Below are positions 12,622 to 24,592 of a DNA stretch of 64,000 bases, piece after piece. Made by a program: the position numbers and the translations under genes. The stretch is from Octopus sinensis (lineage: Eukaryota), in the NCBI RefSeq assembly GCF_006345805.1, contig NC_043003.1:80352001-80416000 (forward strand), in the 5' to 3' direction. The notes under the pieces were generated by a model. The model ran no database searches, was not told the DNA's origin, and saw only the letters and a list, made by a program, of their open reading frames with translations. Numbering within the stretch: position 1 is the first letter of the stretch; the number at the start of each line of letters is the position of its first letter.

Positions 12622-12706
12622 CTTTCTCACTTTCCCGATCATCAAATGAATAAATCTGCTTGTTGTTAATACTCTTGTCATCGTCTTTTGTTTTTCTGTA
12701 AATTTC

Positions 12707-12741
<35 letters not shown>

Positions 12742-13066
12742 TGCATTGATATACGTATCCGATGTTGTTATACATCGCTTGTAACAATACACGTCTTGTG
12801 ACTTTCGAATGATGCTGCTCAGGTGGTTAAGTGGACAAGCCGTTATTCCCCTTGAAAGAACGCTAGTTTGTATCAGATTTACCCGTTCACAGCTGAGTAG
12901 ACACGGAAAATGTCAAATGAAGATTTTTGATCATGAGAGCAACGGACAAACAGTCAGAGAATCAAAACCACGATCTTCAGGTCGCCTCTGCATCTCCATA
13001 ACCATTAAGCTACGTTCCTTCACATATATACATACATACAAACATACGTACATGTATACATACATA

Positions 13067-13520
13067 CAGGATGCTCGGACTCTGATGAATTTGTGTTCTT
13101 TTTTGCAGGAACAGCTTCATATATTGATCCGAAGTCAACAGCGTTGGAGAGTATAAACAGTAATGGTGGAGTTGAAGAGTAGTTTGGTGGCATAGAAAAC
13201 TGGTCGCCATCGGAATCTTCGAAAATTTACCTCTGTTGTGATGATATCAAAATGCCGACATCACGAATTCTGCTTACATTGTTTTCCATGAGATTACAAC
13301 CGGGAGAATTGGTAGGCCAGAAATCGGGGCCGGTGAAGTCGTGGAAATTCAACGACAAACACGTCTGACATATTTCCGAGATATAGCCCGGAACCTAATC
13401 CTGCTGCCACACATAGTCTTCCAGCATCTACTCTCTTCAGCCAGTGGTGTACCACAGCCTACAGCTACTTTATATAGCCTTCTGAATTGATCCTAAGACT
13501 CTTTCAAAGATTTAGGGTGG
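13067..13520 (-). mobile_element. Tc1/mariner (likely maT/DD37D-like) transposase remnant
   Basis: Across frameshifts: WLKRVDAG..WQQD..NFHDFTGPDFWP.NSP.CN.M..; end resembles a TA|CAGG(A/G)TG terminus at 13065-13074. Confidence 0.65.
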
Positions 13521-13544
13521 CATGGCACCACCCTCACTAGAGAC

Positions 13545-14093
13545 ACACTCATAGACCATCACAGTTTGGGGAAGCTTGATTTCCATGAAGTCCATGTCAC
13601 GTCTTACATCCTTTACAGTGTGCACAGCCTTTTCACTGCGAATTCTGGCTGTCAAGGTGTTCGTAAAAGAGCATTCTTTTTAACAGTTGGCAACCTAACG
13701 GTAGGCGCTAGATTGATCTATTATCACTATTTATATTGCCCTTACAGTTGCCTTTCATAAAGATTATTCTTGTCCCTCTAGTCATCTAATAAGGTATCCC
13801 TACTCCATTGAAGCTAGCTTGTTCCCATAGTCTCCCATGTAAGCTACAAAAATTTCATTAACCAATAGCCTTGAATTAAACCTGGTCCTAGGCTCTTCCA
13901 ATTCGGCATTCCCGCAAACACATTTACTCATTAATGCACTAGTTAGTTTTAAATCTGGCTGCTTCTCACTAATTACTTCTTCCCTCACTTTCTTTACGAT
14001 TGCATCTCCTTAAATATTGACTGGCTAATCCCAAATATTTCTCTAGAACTTTCTAGCTTTTTCTGTATTAGGTTTCTCATCTTCAGTACTATT

Positions 14094-14097
<4 letters not shown>
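13545..14097 (-). mobile_element. R4/Dong-clade RT fragment, 5' end abutting (AAT)n
   Basis: Across frameshifts: EKARKF..KKVREEV..MPNWKSLGPGLIQGYWL..TRG..KGN..; begins directly after the (AAT)n tract. Confidence 0.75.
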
Positions 14098-14154
<57 letters not shown>

Positions 14155-14180
14155 ATCATCATTATTATTATTACTATTAT
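14098..14180. repeat. (ATT)n microsatellite
   Basis: Visible run. Confidence 0.95.
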
Positions 14181-14419
14181 CATACCATAGACTAAAGGAA
14201 ATGGTACAACGGAAAATATTTCAACAATATTTTACATCATGCTACATTTTTAATCCAATCTATATCTTATAATAGTAAAGTTGTTAGACATCAAGTAATT
14301 CTTCAAAAGCGTCTAACATGGAAATATCGTATCAACTCTTTTCACCTACGGCTGCATTCACTTCTTATCTCCCGGATCGATAGCTTCATATCAGATCGAA
14401 TCAATGCAGCACAAGTTGG

Positions 14420-15270
14420 GTAAACTTTTTCTGCTTCAATCTCAATCATTTCTGGTGTTTTCCAGGATTTAGCATTCTGTACACCATTAACTTCCTCCTC
14501 TACATGGATAAACTATTTGCCGTCACAAGCATCAATGCACCTCCTTATGTAGATGACACAACCCTTCGTTGCTCCCTAACTTCTCTAACCATTCATCATT
14601 CACACACAACTGATACACTCTTCACTAAACTTACAATAATTCCATAGACTGTGCCCTTGAGCGCATCCTCCAGTAGATTCTTCCTTCCTTATATGTTAGT
14701 AATAATAGCAAACAAGCGTTACTTAAAACGCACTACACTTCTCTCAAACTAAATTCCCGTAGTCGAGCCAAATATTAGGTCTCATTATCAGAAATGCCTT
14801 TCTTGGAAACATGCACGCTTACCATATCTAGGAATGTATTACAAGGTCTGCCTATTCACTACAATTCCAAACGATATTTCAGCTCCCAACAGCTGCTGAT
14901 ACTCGACAAGTATCAAGTGAACCCACAATACAGTAATGCTCCATCATCTGGATTAGTGCTACAGCGAACGTTATCGTTTCCAGAAAAGTGTCAACCGTTT
15001 TATAGGCACTATATCATTAATGGGTACAGTCAGCCTTGTATTCCATCTCTGTCAATTCTATCTCTACGATTGCGGCACTAGCGCTTCCAAACTGACTGGT
15101 GGTGAACCTCCACCAGTCAAGCACTCTGATAAACTCGTTTATTTACCTCATCGCAACCTTACTATGCACGGTTTCCCTTATCCTACACTAACCACTATAC
15201 CTGATTCTGCATGACTAGAACAATGTCCCTCTAGAATCTCCGTGTTGCTTATGCCTAATTGCAATATTAT
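14420..15270 (+). mobile_element. CR1-like LINE RT/C-terminal fragment, degraded
   Basis: Remnants SGVFQ..FLLYM..VDDTTL (YADD region), QQLLILDKYQVNPQYS (L.LYK.QV.P..EY), then RT..WN-like C-terminus. Confidence 0.7.
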
Positions 15271-15395
15271 ACTGTACGTAAATGGCACCAACCTCGCCTG
15301 TCACAGAGGGCGGTTAAGAGTCGCAGGTTCTAAATTTTCCTCTGAGACTCAGCAACAAAATTACGTCACATGGGATTTAACAGTATCTGTTAACG

Positions 15396-15627
15396 TTTAC
15401 TTGTTTCAGGCATTAGCCTGAGGTCATGGTGGGGCGTCGCGTTGAAGTGTTTTTGGTTAAAGAAATCTACCGCGGTACTTATTTTTTTTTGTAAAAGCAC
15501 CAGCACCGGTTGTCAAGCGATGGACACACACACACACATTAGAACAAAAATCTAAGTTTTTGTAATAATTACTGCTCTATTCTTTGGGGTGTGCTTCTCT
15601 TCTGATATATGTTTTATTGACTATATA

Positions 15628-15683
<56 letters not shown>

Positions 15684-15802
15684 CTGTGTGTGTCTGTGTG
15701 TGTGCGTGTGTTTGTGTAGTCAAAAGTGTCGCGCAGAGGGACAGAAACCCGAGCCGTGTGGTTGGGAAGGAAGTTTTTTCCTACGCTGCCACGCCTGCAC
15801 CT
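15396..15802 (-). mobile_element. SINE family 2, degraded, with expanded internal (TA)/(TG)
   Basis: Head GGTGCAGGCGTGGCAGCGTAGGAA..CTTCCCAACCACACGG and tail ..GAAACAAGTAAA. Confidence 0.75.
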
Positions 15803-16010
15803 ATTATCCTTTCTACGATACGCACAAGGCCTGAGCATTGGGGAAATTGTCGATTTCATTGACCTCAGTACCCAACTGGTACTTATTTTATCGAATCCGA
15901 AAGTATGAAAGGTAAAGTCCACTTCAGCAGAATTTGAACTCAGCATGTGATGACACGGAAAGCTGCTAAGCACTCAGTCCGGCGTACTAACGACTCTGCC
16001 AACTCGCCGC
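15803..16010 (-). mobile_element. SINE family 1, tail type 2
   Basis: GCGGCGAGTTGGCAGAGTCGTTAG head, GAGTTCAAATTCTG B-box, tail AGGCCTTGTGCG..TAGAAAGGATAAT. Confidence 0.82.
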
Positions 16011-16911
16011 TATATACCTGTGCCTAATATAGTAACAATTCCATCTCATTTAATAGCTGTAGTAGATTTACTTGATTTTCCTCTTCCCTAAATATCATTG
16101 ATTTGGGTCGAAGTTAAAATTTTGTTTAAAGATAACGGTAATAATTATACTTGCTAATAGTCACCTTAGTTTTTGAATATTTTATATAATATCATAAAAA
16201 TATTAAAAATAAAGATACTGAAAGATATGTTTAAATGTTTCATTCGATACATCGCATGTTACTATCAGTAGCTATTCGTTTTAAGTTTCGTATAAAAGAA
16301 TTGAAATACAGATTCATTATTGGAAGTCAATGAGTTTGAAAGATATTTATGGAAATGTAGCGATTATACAAACATTAATAAGGAGTAACTTGTTTTAATT
16401 TTTTCGTCTGTCCCCTCTTTCTCTTTTTCTGTCTCTCGCTGCTCACACGTGAACAACGTCCACCTTTTTTTCCCTCACTTAACCATCTTCCATTTCTTGC
16501 ACGAACGTTCAAAGTACTGGATGTTTTTTCTCTCTCTTCTATCTTTCCCCTTTTTAAAGAAAATATTTCTCCCAGCGTTCATTATGTTCCGCCCGTTCAG
16601 GTCAAATGACCCTGCATGTTTCTTTTCGTTCGGTTTCCTTGGATGTTTCTACTGTCTTGTTTTTGTTCCCAACTTTGATGCTCTATAAATCCTAAATTTT
16701 ATTTTAGAATTTATGGGAGCAATTGTCTTTGAAGACTTATATTCTCGTTGAATGCTGGAAACGAGGAGTAGATAGAGAGGAGACAACCGATGAAGGGTTG
16801 TTTCTATATGTTTAATTGTCCCCTGTTTTCCATTTTTCTCTCGTTCTTGTCGTATTTAACTGGTTTGTCTACGTATTTCATGTTGTATACACAGTTGGTG
16901 ACGTCCTGTAG

Positions 16912-16973
<62 letters not shown>

Positions 16974-17785
16974 GTATATAAGATAGTGGTACAACAATGC
17001 ACCAGTATTTACTGCAAATGGCAGTCGATAATATGCGACGCTACAGTAAAGCTCCACTGTATATATATACTGGCAAAATGTTAGCGTGCGGCAAGCATAG
17101 AAAATTTCATCTTAAGGGTAGGAAGAACGTTAAATAAATAAATGTACAATCCAGATGTGGATAATCTAGGACCGAGGCTTCCAACTTTCCAAATTACGTT
17201 TGTCAATGTAAATTTGATTAGTTCTCATCGGCTAGATTTACCTGGATAAAATCTCAACTGTCACTACATCAATACCAGTATGCACACACAAAAACACACA
17301 CACACTGTGAAGCTTTTCTATAACATCGTATATTATTGACTGCTATTTCCACTAAATATTAGTTCATTGTTGTACCACTAACTTATTTATACTTTAACCT
17401 GATGGTACTTTTACTGGGAAGCAATACTACTTTATTGCACTATTATATGTATATATATATATAATTTATTATTATTATTATTATTATTACTATTATTATT
17501 ATTATTATTGTTGTTGTTGTTGTTATTTTAATTTTTATTATTATTATTATTATTATCATCATTCTGTATATATATATATTTGAGTAATTGAATGAATTAT
17601 CTTATTAAGGATAATTCCAAAGATAACCGATACCTGGGTAGCAAATTCACATCAGAAAGAACACGGTTGAAGCTACGTCCCTAGGGCATAGACTACGTGT
17701 CTTCGTGCGGAAATTTGTATGTTTATTTTAAAATTATAAGTATATGAAAGAATGGAGTTGAACGACTAGTTAACAAATATGCTTT

Positions 17786-17870
17786 ATTCTCGACATATGT
17801 TTCGAAGGCTGAATATTCCTAATTCCGAAGGAATAAGGAGTACATTATGCAGATTTCTCATCAGGAAAAT
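17786..17870 (-). ncRNA. Type I hammerhead ribozyme with canonical core
   Basis: ATTTTC-CTGATGA-GAAATCTG..CAGCCTTC-GAAA-CATATG-TC-GAGAAT: stem I 6 bp (one G-U), stem II 6/8 bp with a long loop containing an inner hairpin, palindromic stem III, GUC cleavage triplet. Confidence 0.8.
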
Positions 17871-18011
17871 CAAGGAACTTATGTCGACATCAAAATGCAC
17901 AAATAACGTTTAGCTGACCGCTCTCAAGGAGCCCATGGCGATAATGAGTATCTCTTTATAATCTCTTTAAATATCACGTTGTTATATGTTCATAATATAT
18001 ATATATATATA

Positions 18012-18171
18012 TATTATATTAAATTAGAGATAAACCCACTATTAGGCAAATCAAACAGTGAAAAACATAAGCCAATACATAAAATTAATTTAAAAATATA
18101 AAAGTTAAAAATTGAAAAATTATTAAAATAATTTAAACTTATAAATTTTAAATATATATATACAAATATAT

Positions 18172-18251
<80 letters not shown>

Positions 18252-19040
18252 AGTATGTATATTTTTATATTTATATATTATTTTGTTTATTAATTAATTT
18301 TTTTTATATAAATATCAAAAGTATTAAAAGTTTAATAGAAGATAAAGAGTAAAACACTACGATCGTTTCATGGCTGTACCAATTCGAATAACAATAATTT
18401 AAATTCAATTAATAATTCGAGTTATGGTTACAATCAATCTTCAGGTTATTTGAAATATTTTAAAAATAATCAGAAATATTCAAACAATATTTTTAAGATA
18501 TAAATAATAACCTTAAAAATTAAAATTAATATTTAAAATTATAATCGATTTCGATATAGTCATAATTATTAAGTTTTAAGTTTCTGATTTGATAATAGAG
18601 TTTATTATAAGTAAAATTATGATATGATTTATATCTTAAAAATATTATTTAAATATTTCTGATCATTTTAAAAATATTTCAATTAACCTAAAGATTGACT
18701 GTAACTATAACTCGAATTATTAATTGAATTTAAATTATTGTTATTCGAATTGGTACAGCCATGAAACGATCATAGTGTTTTACTCTTTATCTTTTATTAA
18801 ACTTTTAATACTTTTGATATTTATATTAAAAAAAAATAATTAATAAACAAAATATTAATATACAAATATACATACATATATATATATATTTGTATATATA
18901 TATATTTAAAATTTATAAGTTTAAATTATTTTAATAATTTTTAAATTTTTAACTTTTATATTTTTAATTAATTTTATGTATTGGCTTATGTTTTTCACTG
19001 ATTTGCCTAATAGTGGTTTTATCTCTAATTTAATATAATA
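18012..19040. repeat. About 1-kb imperfect palindrome (arms 18012-18506 and 18626-19040) made of a hammerhead-containing repeat
   Basis: Arms are reverse complements from TATTATATTAAATTAGAGATAAA (18012) to TTTATCTCTAATTTAATATAATA (19040), with an approximately 120-bp spacer. Confidence 0.93.
18351..18451 (-). ncRNA. Type I hammerhead-like motif (CUGAAGA/GAAA/GUA), left arm of palindrome
   Basis: CTGAAGA (18444-18438), long imperfect stem II, GAAA (18369-18366), palindromic CGATCG stem III, GTA triplet; stem I 5/7 paired; the 10.1-11.1 pair is atypical. Confidence 0.55.
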
Positions 19041-19118
19041 AATATAAGATATTTATACTATAAAATTGGATTTAATCCTAAATCTAAGTTTTCCCTGAAA
19101 ATTTGGATTTATTCCCTA

Positions 19119-19119
19119 A

Positions 19120-19173
<54 letters not shown>

Positions 19174-19185
19174 AATTATTATTAT

Positions 19186-19216
<31 letters not shown>

Positions 19217-19260
19217 ATATAAATAAATATATATATAAATAAATTTATATATGTATATAT
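19119..19260. repeat. (ATT)n + (TA)n microsatellite
   Basis: Visible runs. Confidence 0.93.
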
Positions 19261-21408
19261 GAATACACAAGTACTATGTACGTATATGAAGTGTAATAGC
19301 CAAGTGACGTACTTCTTTGTTAGGTGAGCTAAAGCAGTATGATTCACTGTCAATCTAACTTAGTTCGTGTGTATATGAATCCAGCTTGTACCACTTGAGC
19401 TTTGTCATCGGTGTGACCTTTTGAGGTTCAAGTGAAACAACGTATTCAATCATACTGAAAATATAACAAGAGAATAACAATTCAGTCTATCTTGGATTAT
19501 TCCGCCCCAGAGCAAAATTCCGTAAGACGACAAATGCAATGAAGTTATCCATCAGTAAGCATTCACATCACTGAGAAAGTATTGTGGAAACTTTGAAATT
19601 TCATAATAATAATGTTTTTTTCCTGGGTGATGTATGATCTCATTACTGATTTGTTTAAGCTGAATTATACAGAAGCATATTTACGTTAGAGAGTGACCCT
19701 CTTAAATTTTATTTTACCGTTCCCTACTGAAATATAAGAGAGGGCTGTACTCAAATTGATTTAAAGCGTGAAACGGGGAGTGATTTGAACTCACAAAGGA
19801 ACATAACTAAGAATTATATTTTGTGTATTGAATAATATTTTTGGTACAATTAAATTTATCGATACAGTATGCAAAACCCCCCCAAATCTTCCCTGTGGTA
19901 AGAGAAAAGAATATGCAAAATCCTAGAGTCAGTATTTAGCGGTTATTGAGAAAAAGAGAACTAATCAAAAATGTTTTCTTTTGCAAGATTTCTGATGTGA
20001 AATCGTGCGCTGAAACAGAAATTGTTATATTTTGGGACTGTGACCTTTAGGCAAATAAACACTCGCACTATATACTTGTACATCATTTCAGCTCTATCAT
20101 TATTCTTATTTTAGTGTCCCGTCTCTGAAATCTTTCATCACACATCCTTTGGCTTATTCAGTGGCTCTCCATCCTATGTGTCTGCCCTTGTCCTGTTTAG
20201 TCCGTTCTCTCGCCCATATAGGATATGTGCGGAAAGATTTCAAAAACACTTAAATAAGAATAATAATAGAACTGAATTGATGAACGAATATATAGTGCCT
20301 GTATTTATTGGTAAAAAATTAATAATAATTAACCACTCAATATTAATTTATGTCTTGGAAAAATTTTTGGATTTCTATTTCTGCACAAGGGAGAATTAAG
20401 GACATGTTTTGGCTTATAAGTCCGTATCAATATATCTTAGTTTGAGGAAGCCTGGTAACATGTTGACATATTTGTAAAAATAGAAAGCATATTACAAACG
20501 ATTATTAGTGAATTATTAAAAAATTATTTATGAGGTGAGCTCAGGGAAATATCTCAAGAAGGTTACTGGTATCAATTTCGATAATTAAGATTAAAATTTG
20601 ATTTAATGAATGCTGGACACAACAAAGTTCTAAGAAACTTGACTCTTAGTTGGAAAACGAAAATAAAAGATTAGCAGAAATTTGTAGTGCTTCTTAGATA
20701 AAAGCGGAGTTAATTGCCCTATTTAGGTTATTTTCCGCTGCTCGTTTTATACAGGTGTTATTTTTTTGTTACTTATCGACCATTTTGCCGCTTTAGCCAT
20801 TCAACCACCTTCCTTCAATGAGAAGTTATTGACATTATTTTAAATAGCTTCAAATTTTTTGAATGATATTTATCTTCGAATATCTGAATTGTATAGTTTG
20901 TATTCTATTAGTAAATTCCGACGAAAATTACTTTAATTCTTTAAGTATAAAATTTTCGTATGAAATAACTCAATTAAAACTCTACTCAAATCTGTCGTGC
21001 TCTAATATAAGCAAGATAAATATAAATTTAACGCAATTATATATATTTACAATTGATATCATAAATATATGGTTTCGCTACGAAATTCAAATAGAACATA
21101 TGTAATATGTAATACATTTAAATTCAAAATTTGAAGACGTTGTAACCAGTTTTATGAAACTAAAAGAAATAAAACATTTCAAATATTAATTCATGAATGG
21201 GCTAAATACAATAGTGACCGAAATTTGACAATTCTTCTCGATAATTAAATTCAGTAATACGAACTAAGATAATTCATCTAAGTGTAATGAAAATCTAACT
21301 GTACGTGTCACTTAATGATTATAAATACATACATAAAACACACACAGGTATATACAAGTATATTCATACATACATATACCTATATGTGTAAGTATGTGTC
21401 TGTGTGTC

Positions 21409-21470
<62 letters not shown>

Positions 21471-21625
21471 TATATACATATATCTATATATGTATGAATA
21501 CATACATACCCACCCACCCACACACACACATACATATATGTATTCAAAGATTGCTATAATTATCTTTCAAATCTTGATATTAATCAAGATGAATAATTAA
21601 AAGCACTATTCATTTCGAAAATCGA

Positions 21626-22240
21626 TTATTAATTGTGTGTTTTCGGAAAGTTGTGTGCTTAAGATGAATATAGAATTTATTACGTGCGTTTTAAGAATTA
21701 TCACCATTATAACATTTATAGCGTTTTTGCTTCTCATTAAACTTCCTCCAAATTCAAATAGAATTTCATAGAAGGAGCCACATTTTAAATAGTCCTTGAA
21801 TATTTAGAAAAGCAATGACGCTAGGCATATGGTTGATTGTCTTAAGAATAATAATCAATTCTGGGTACAGTTTTTTTAAGCTAGGTGTAAACTATATTAT
21901 TCTAAAACTTTAATCAATGTAATTGGCATTTATTAATTGAGTGTTTTCCGAAAGTTGTGTGTGTGTTTAAGTTGAATGTAGAATTTATTACGTGCGTTTA
22001 AGAATTATTACCATTATAAGATTTATAGCGTTTTTGCTTCTCGTTAAACTTCCTCCAAATTCAAACAGAAGTTCGTAGAATGAGCCAAATTTTAGATAGT
22101 CTTTGAATATTTGGAAAAGCAATGATGCTAGCCATATGGTCGATTGTCTCAAGAATAATCATTAATTGTGGGTACAGATTTTTTTTAAAGCTAGGTGCAA
22201 ACTATGTTATTCTAAAACTTTAATCAACGTAATTGTCATT
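21626..22240. repeat. Direct tandem duplication, unit about 305 bp
   Basis: TTATTAATTG.GTGTTTT.CGAAAGTTGTGTG at 21626 and 21930; both units end TCTAAAACTTTAATCAA.GTAATTG.CATT. Confidence 0.95.
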
Positions 22241-22889
22241 CATGTTGGTGCTCGGATACAAATATACACATTTTTGAAAGAAAAGAGCAGCAATCCATTC
22301 ATAAAAATTTTAGTTGTAGATTCTTGTGGCTCCTGTCTTTCAATAGATATTTGCTTATGTTTGTTTCTCTGTGTGTGTGTGTGTGTGTGTGTGTGTCTGT
22401 CGAGCAGAATATTATATTTGATATATGTCAAAAATATTCGCTAGGCACATCTCTTAAGATTTGATAGAATCAGTACAACACCACGGATTATGTCTTTCAC
22501 AACCTTACACCAACACTTCTATGTTCCTGGTTTGGTGAGCTATTCGCTTCGTTGATGTGTATAAAAATATGAGCGGTGTTTATCAATAATACGGTTCTAT
22601 ATTTAATAGATGAGGAATTATGTACTTTACTTATATTATTTACATTATTTACAGCTGACGGATATTTATCCTCATCTTGTTCGTTGTTAACCCTCGCTCT
22701 TAACCCTAAGATTCCGAGTTCAATTCCAGACACTGACCTGAATAATAATAATAATAATAATTTTTTTTCTTTTTTTACTTTTTTAAAAATGTATGTATTA
22801 GACATTCACTAGTACAACACAAAAAAAAAAAAACAAATATATGGCACACTAGGCGTAACAACAACGTGTACTTCCAACTTGTTGTTTCT

Positions 22890-22976
22890 TGAGGTCTCTG
22901 GGTGAGACTTGGAGCCAACTTGTACAGATATAAAGCAAAAGTCAAACATAGAATAATAATAATAATAATAATAATG
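22890..22976 (+). mobile_element. Probable R4/Dong-type 3' UTR stub with (AAT)n tail
   Basis: GGTCTCTGGGTGAGACTTGGAG..CAAAAGTCAAACATAG followed by (AAT)n; family assignment from recall of similar tails. Confidence 0.45.
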
Positions 22977-22985
22977 ACAACAACA

Positions 22986-23128
22986 ACATCGAAAGATACC
23001 TTATGAATGAGAACCCAGGTTCGAAATTTCCCCAAGACACCTAATGAAGGCTGGAGGGTATATCAGCCGAAACATTGTATTAACAAACAAGATGAGAACA
23101 AATATGCGTAAATAATGTAAATAATTTA
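22986..23128 (+). mobile_element. PLE terminal-repeat-like element with degenerate hammerhead
   Basis: CTAATGA-A-GGCTG(10 nt)CAGCC-GAAA-CATTGT at 23041-23078; the distal part recurs inverted at about 22635-22690. Confidence 0.55.
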
Positions 23129-23227
23129 TCAATAAATCTAATGTATTCTATAGTTACGACTATCAAGACCATCACCACTACCACCACATTTCTTCTTCAA
23201 CTACTACTACTACTACTACTTCTGCTG

Positions 23228-23432
23228 TTTGCTATGGACACAAGGTCTGAAATTTGGCGGGAGGGAACTAGTCGATGTGATTGACTTAAGTGTTTCACTA
23301 GTGCATAATTTACCGCCCCCTCGAGGATGAAACGCAAAGTTGACCTCAGTGGAATTTGAAATCAGTACGTTAAGTGGGATGACATACCGTGAAACTTTGT
23401 GCTAGGCGTGCTAACGATTCTGCAAACTCACC
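23228..23432 (-). mobile_element. SINE family 1, degraded
   Basis: GGTGAGTTTGCAGAATCGTTAGCACGCC head, GATTTCAAATTCC B-box, type-2 tail. Confidence 0.75.
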
Positions 23433-23450
23433 TCCATACACTGATAATAA

Positions 23451-23618
23451 TAATCATTCCTACTATAGCCAAAAGGCCTGTTTTTTTGTGGGGAGGACTA
23501 GTCGATTACATCGACCCCAGTGTTTCATTGGTACTTATATTATCGCCCCCCTAACAATGAAAGGCAAAGTCGACCTCGGCATAATTTGAACTGAAAACAT
23601 AGCAACAGACGAAATACC
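23451..23618 (-). mobile_element. SINE family 1, 5'-truncated
   Basis: GCCGAGGTCGACTTTGCCTTTCAT body and GGGGTCGATGTAATCGACTAG segment. Confidence 0.78.
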
Positions 23619-23678
23619 TATTTCTTTACTACCTATTTCTTTACTAATGATAATAATAATAATAATAATAATATAATA

Positions 23679-23721
<43 letters not shown>

Positions 23722-23728
23722 TAATAAA

Positions 23729-24241
23729 CTGATTGGAAGTGTTATAATGTACATTGCTTTGTCTTGGTCTAAAAGAAGGGTTACAGCAAATATTCTGCTC
23801 AAAATCACAGATTTGCTTGTCAGTTATTTGACCTTAACCAGTTGAGCATGTTCGTTAGTGGCTGACGATATGTGCATCTCTAATCACAAGCAGAAGTAGT
23901 GGGGGAGCATCATAGCCGTCTGTTTAAATGAATTATTGGAGGTTTGGAAACATGGGTGTTTCGTTCAAGATCCTTAAACAATCCTTATTCAGGGACCATT
24001 TAAGTGAGATGGGCCACTCGACTTGAAAATTCTAACTGGGCCCCACTTGCAAGGTCATGCGCTGTTTATCTTGATATGAGATCACTATGTCGCGCACATA
24101 TGGTTGTGATGCATGTACCTGGTGTACACGTATCAGGCGGGTAGTTATGATGGGTATCATGGGCTTCGTATATTTTACCCCAGTGTCACTTTGATTGCAT
24201 ACACTGCTCTCTCACTCAATAATAATAATAATAATAATAAT
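23729..24241 (+). mobile_element. Non-coding interspersed element flanked by (AAT)n on both sides
   Basis: About 490 bp of GC-richer sequence between (AAT)n tracts, ending CTGCTCTCTCACTC(AAT)n; no ORF. Confidence 0.5.
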
Positions 24242-24425
24242 GACTTGCAGCTTTATAATACAAAAACATAGAGCTTCCGAGAATATTAAAATTAAGCCGA
24301 CACCGGCGGGATTTGAACTTAGAGTATAGGACACAGGACGAAATAGCGATAGACTTCTCATACTTTGCACTAACGCCGTATGACATTATATAGAGCGCAG
24401 CTTAAATTTCTCCGTATGATTGTAG

Positions 24426-24592
24426 ATGGCGAAGTGTCAGAATCGTTAGTGAGTCTGAGAAAATGCATCGCTGCATTTCATCCGATATTTCTTTCTGAGT
24501 TCAAATTAATCTGAGGTTTAATTTTTCCTTTTATCCTTTTGCTGTCGAGGAAATAGATACCACTGGGGTCGTTGAATTCGACTAAATCTACT
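24426..24592 (+). mobile_element. SINE family 1, old copy
   Basis: GGCGAAGTGTCAGAATCGTTAG head, GAGTTCAAATT B-box, CACTGGGGTCG segment. Confidence 0.65.

Noticed and set aside
19850-20800. Possible DNA-transposon remnant (TACAGT.. / ..TATACAGGTG ends)
   Set aside because: Could not find matching TIRs or transposase motifs.
21626-22240. Possible CRISPR-like or satellite array
   Set aside because: Only two long adjacent units with no spacers; eukaryotic context.
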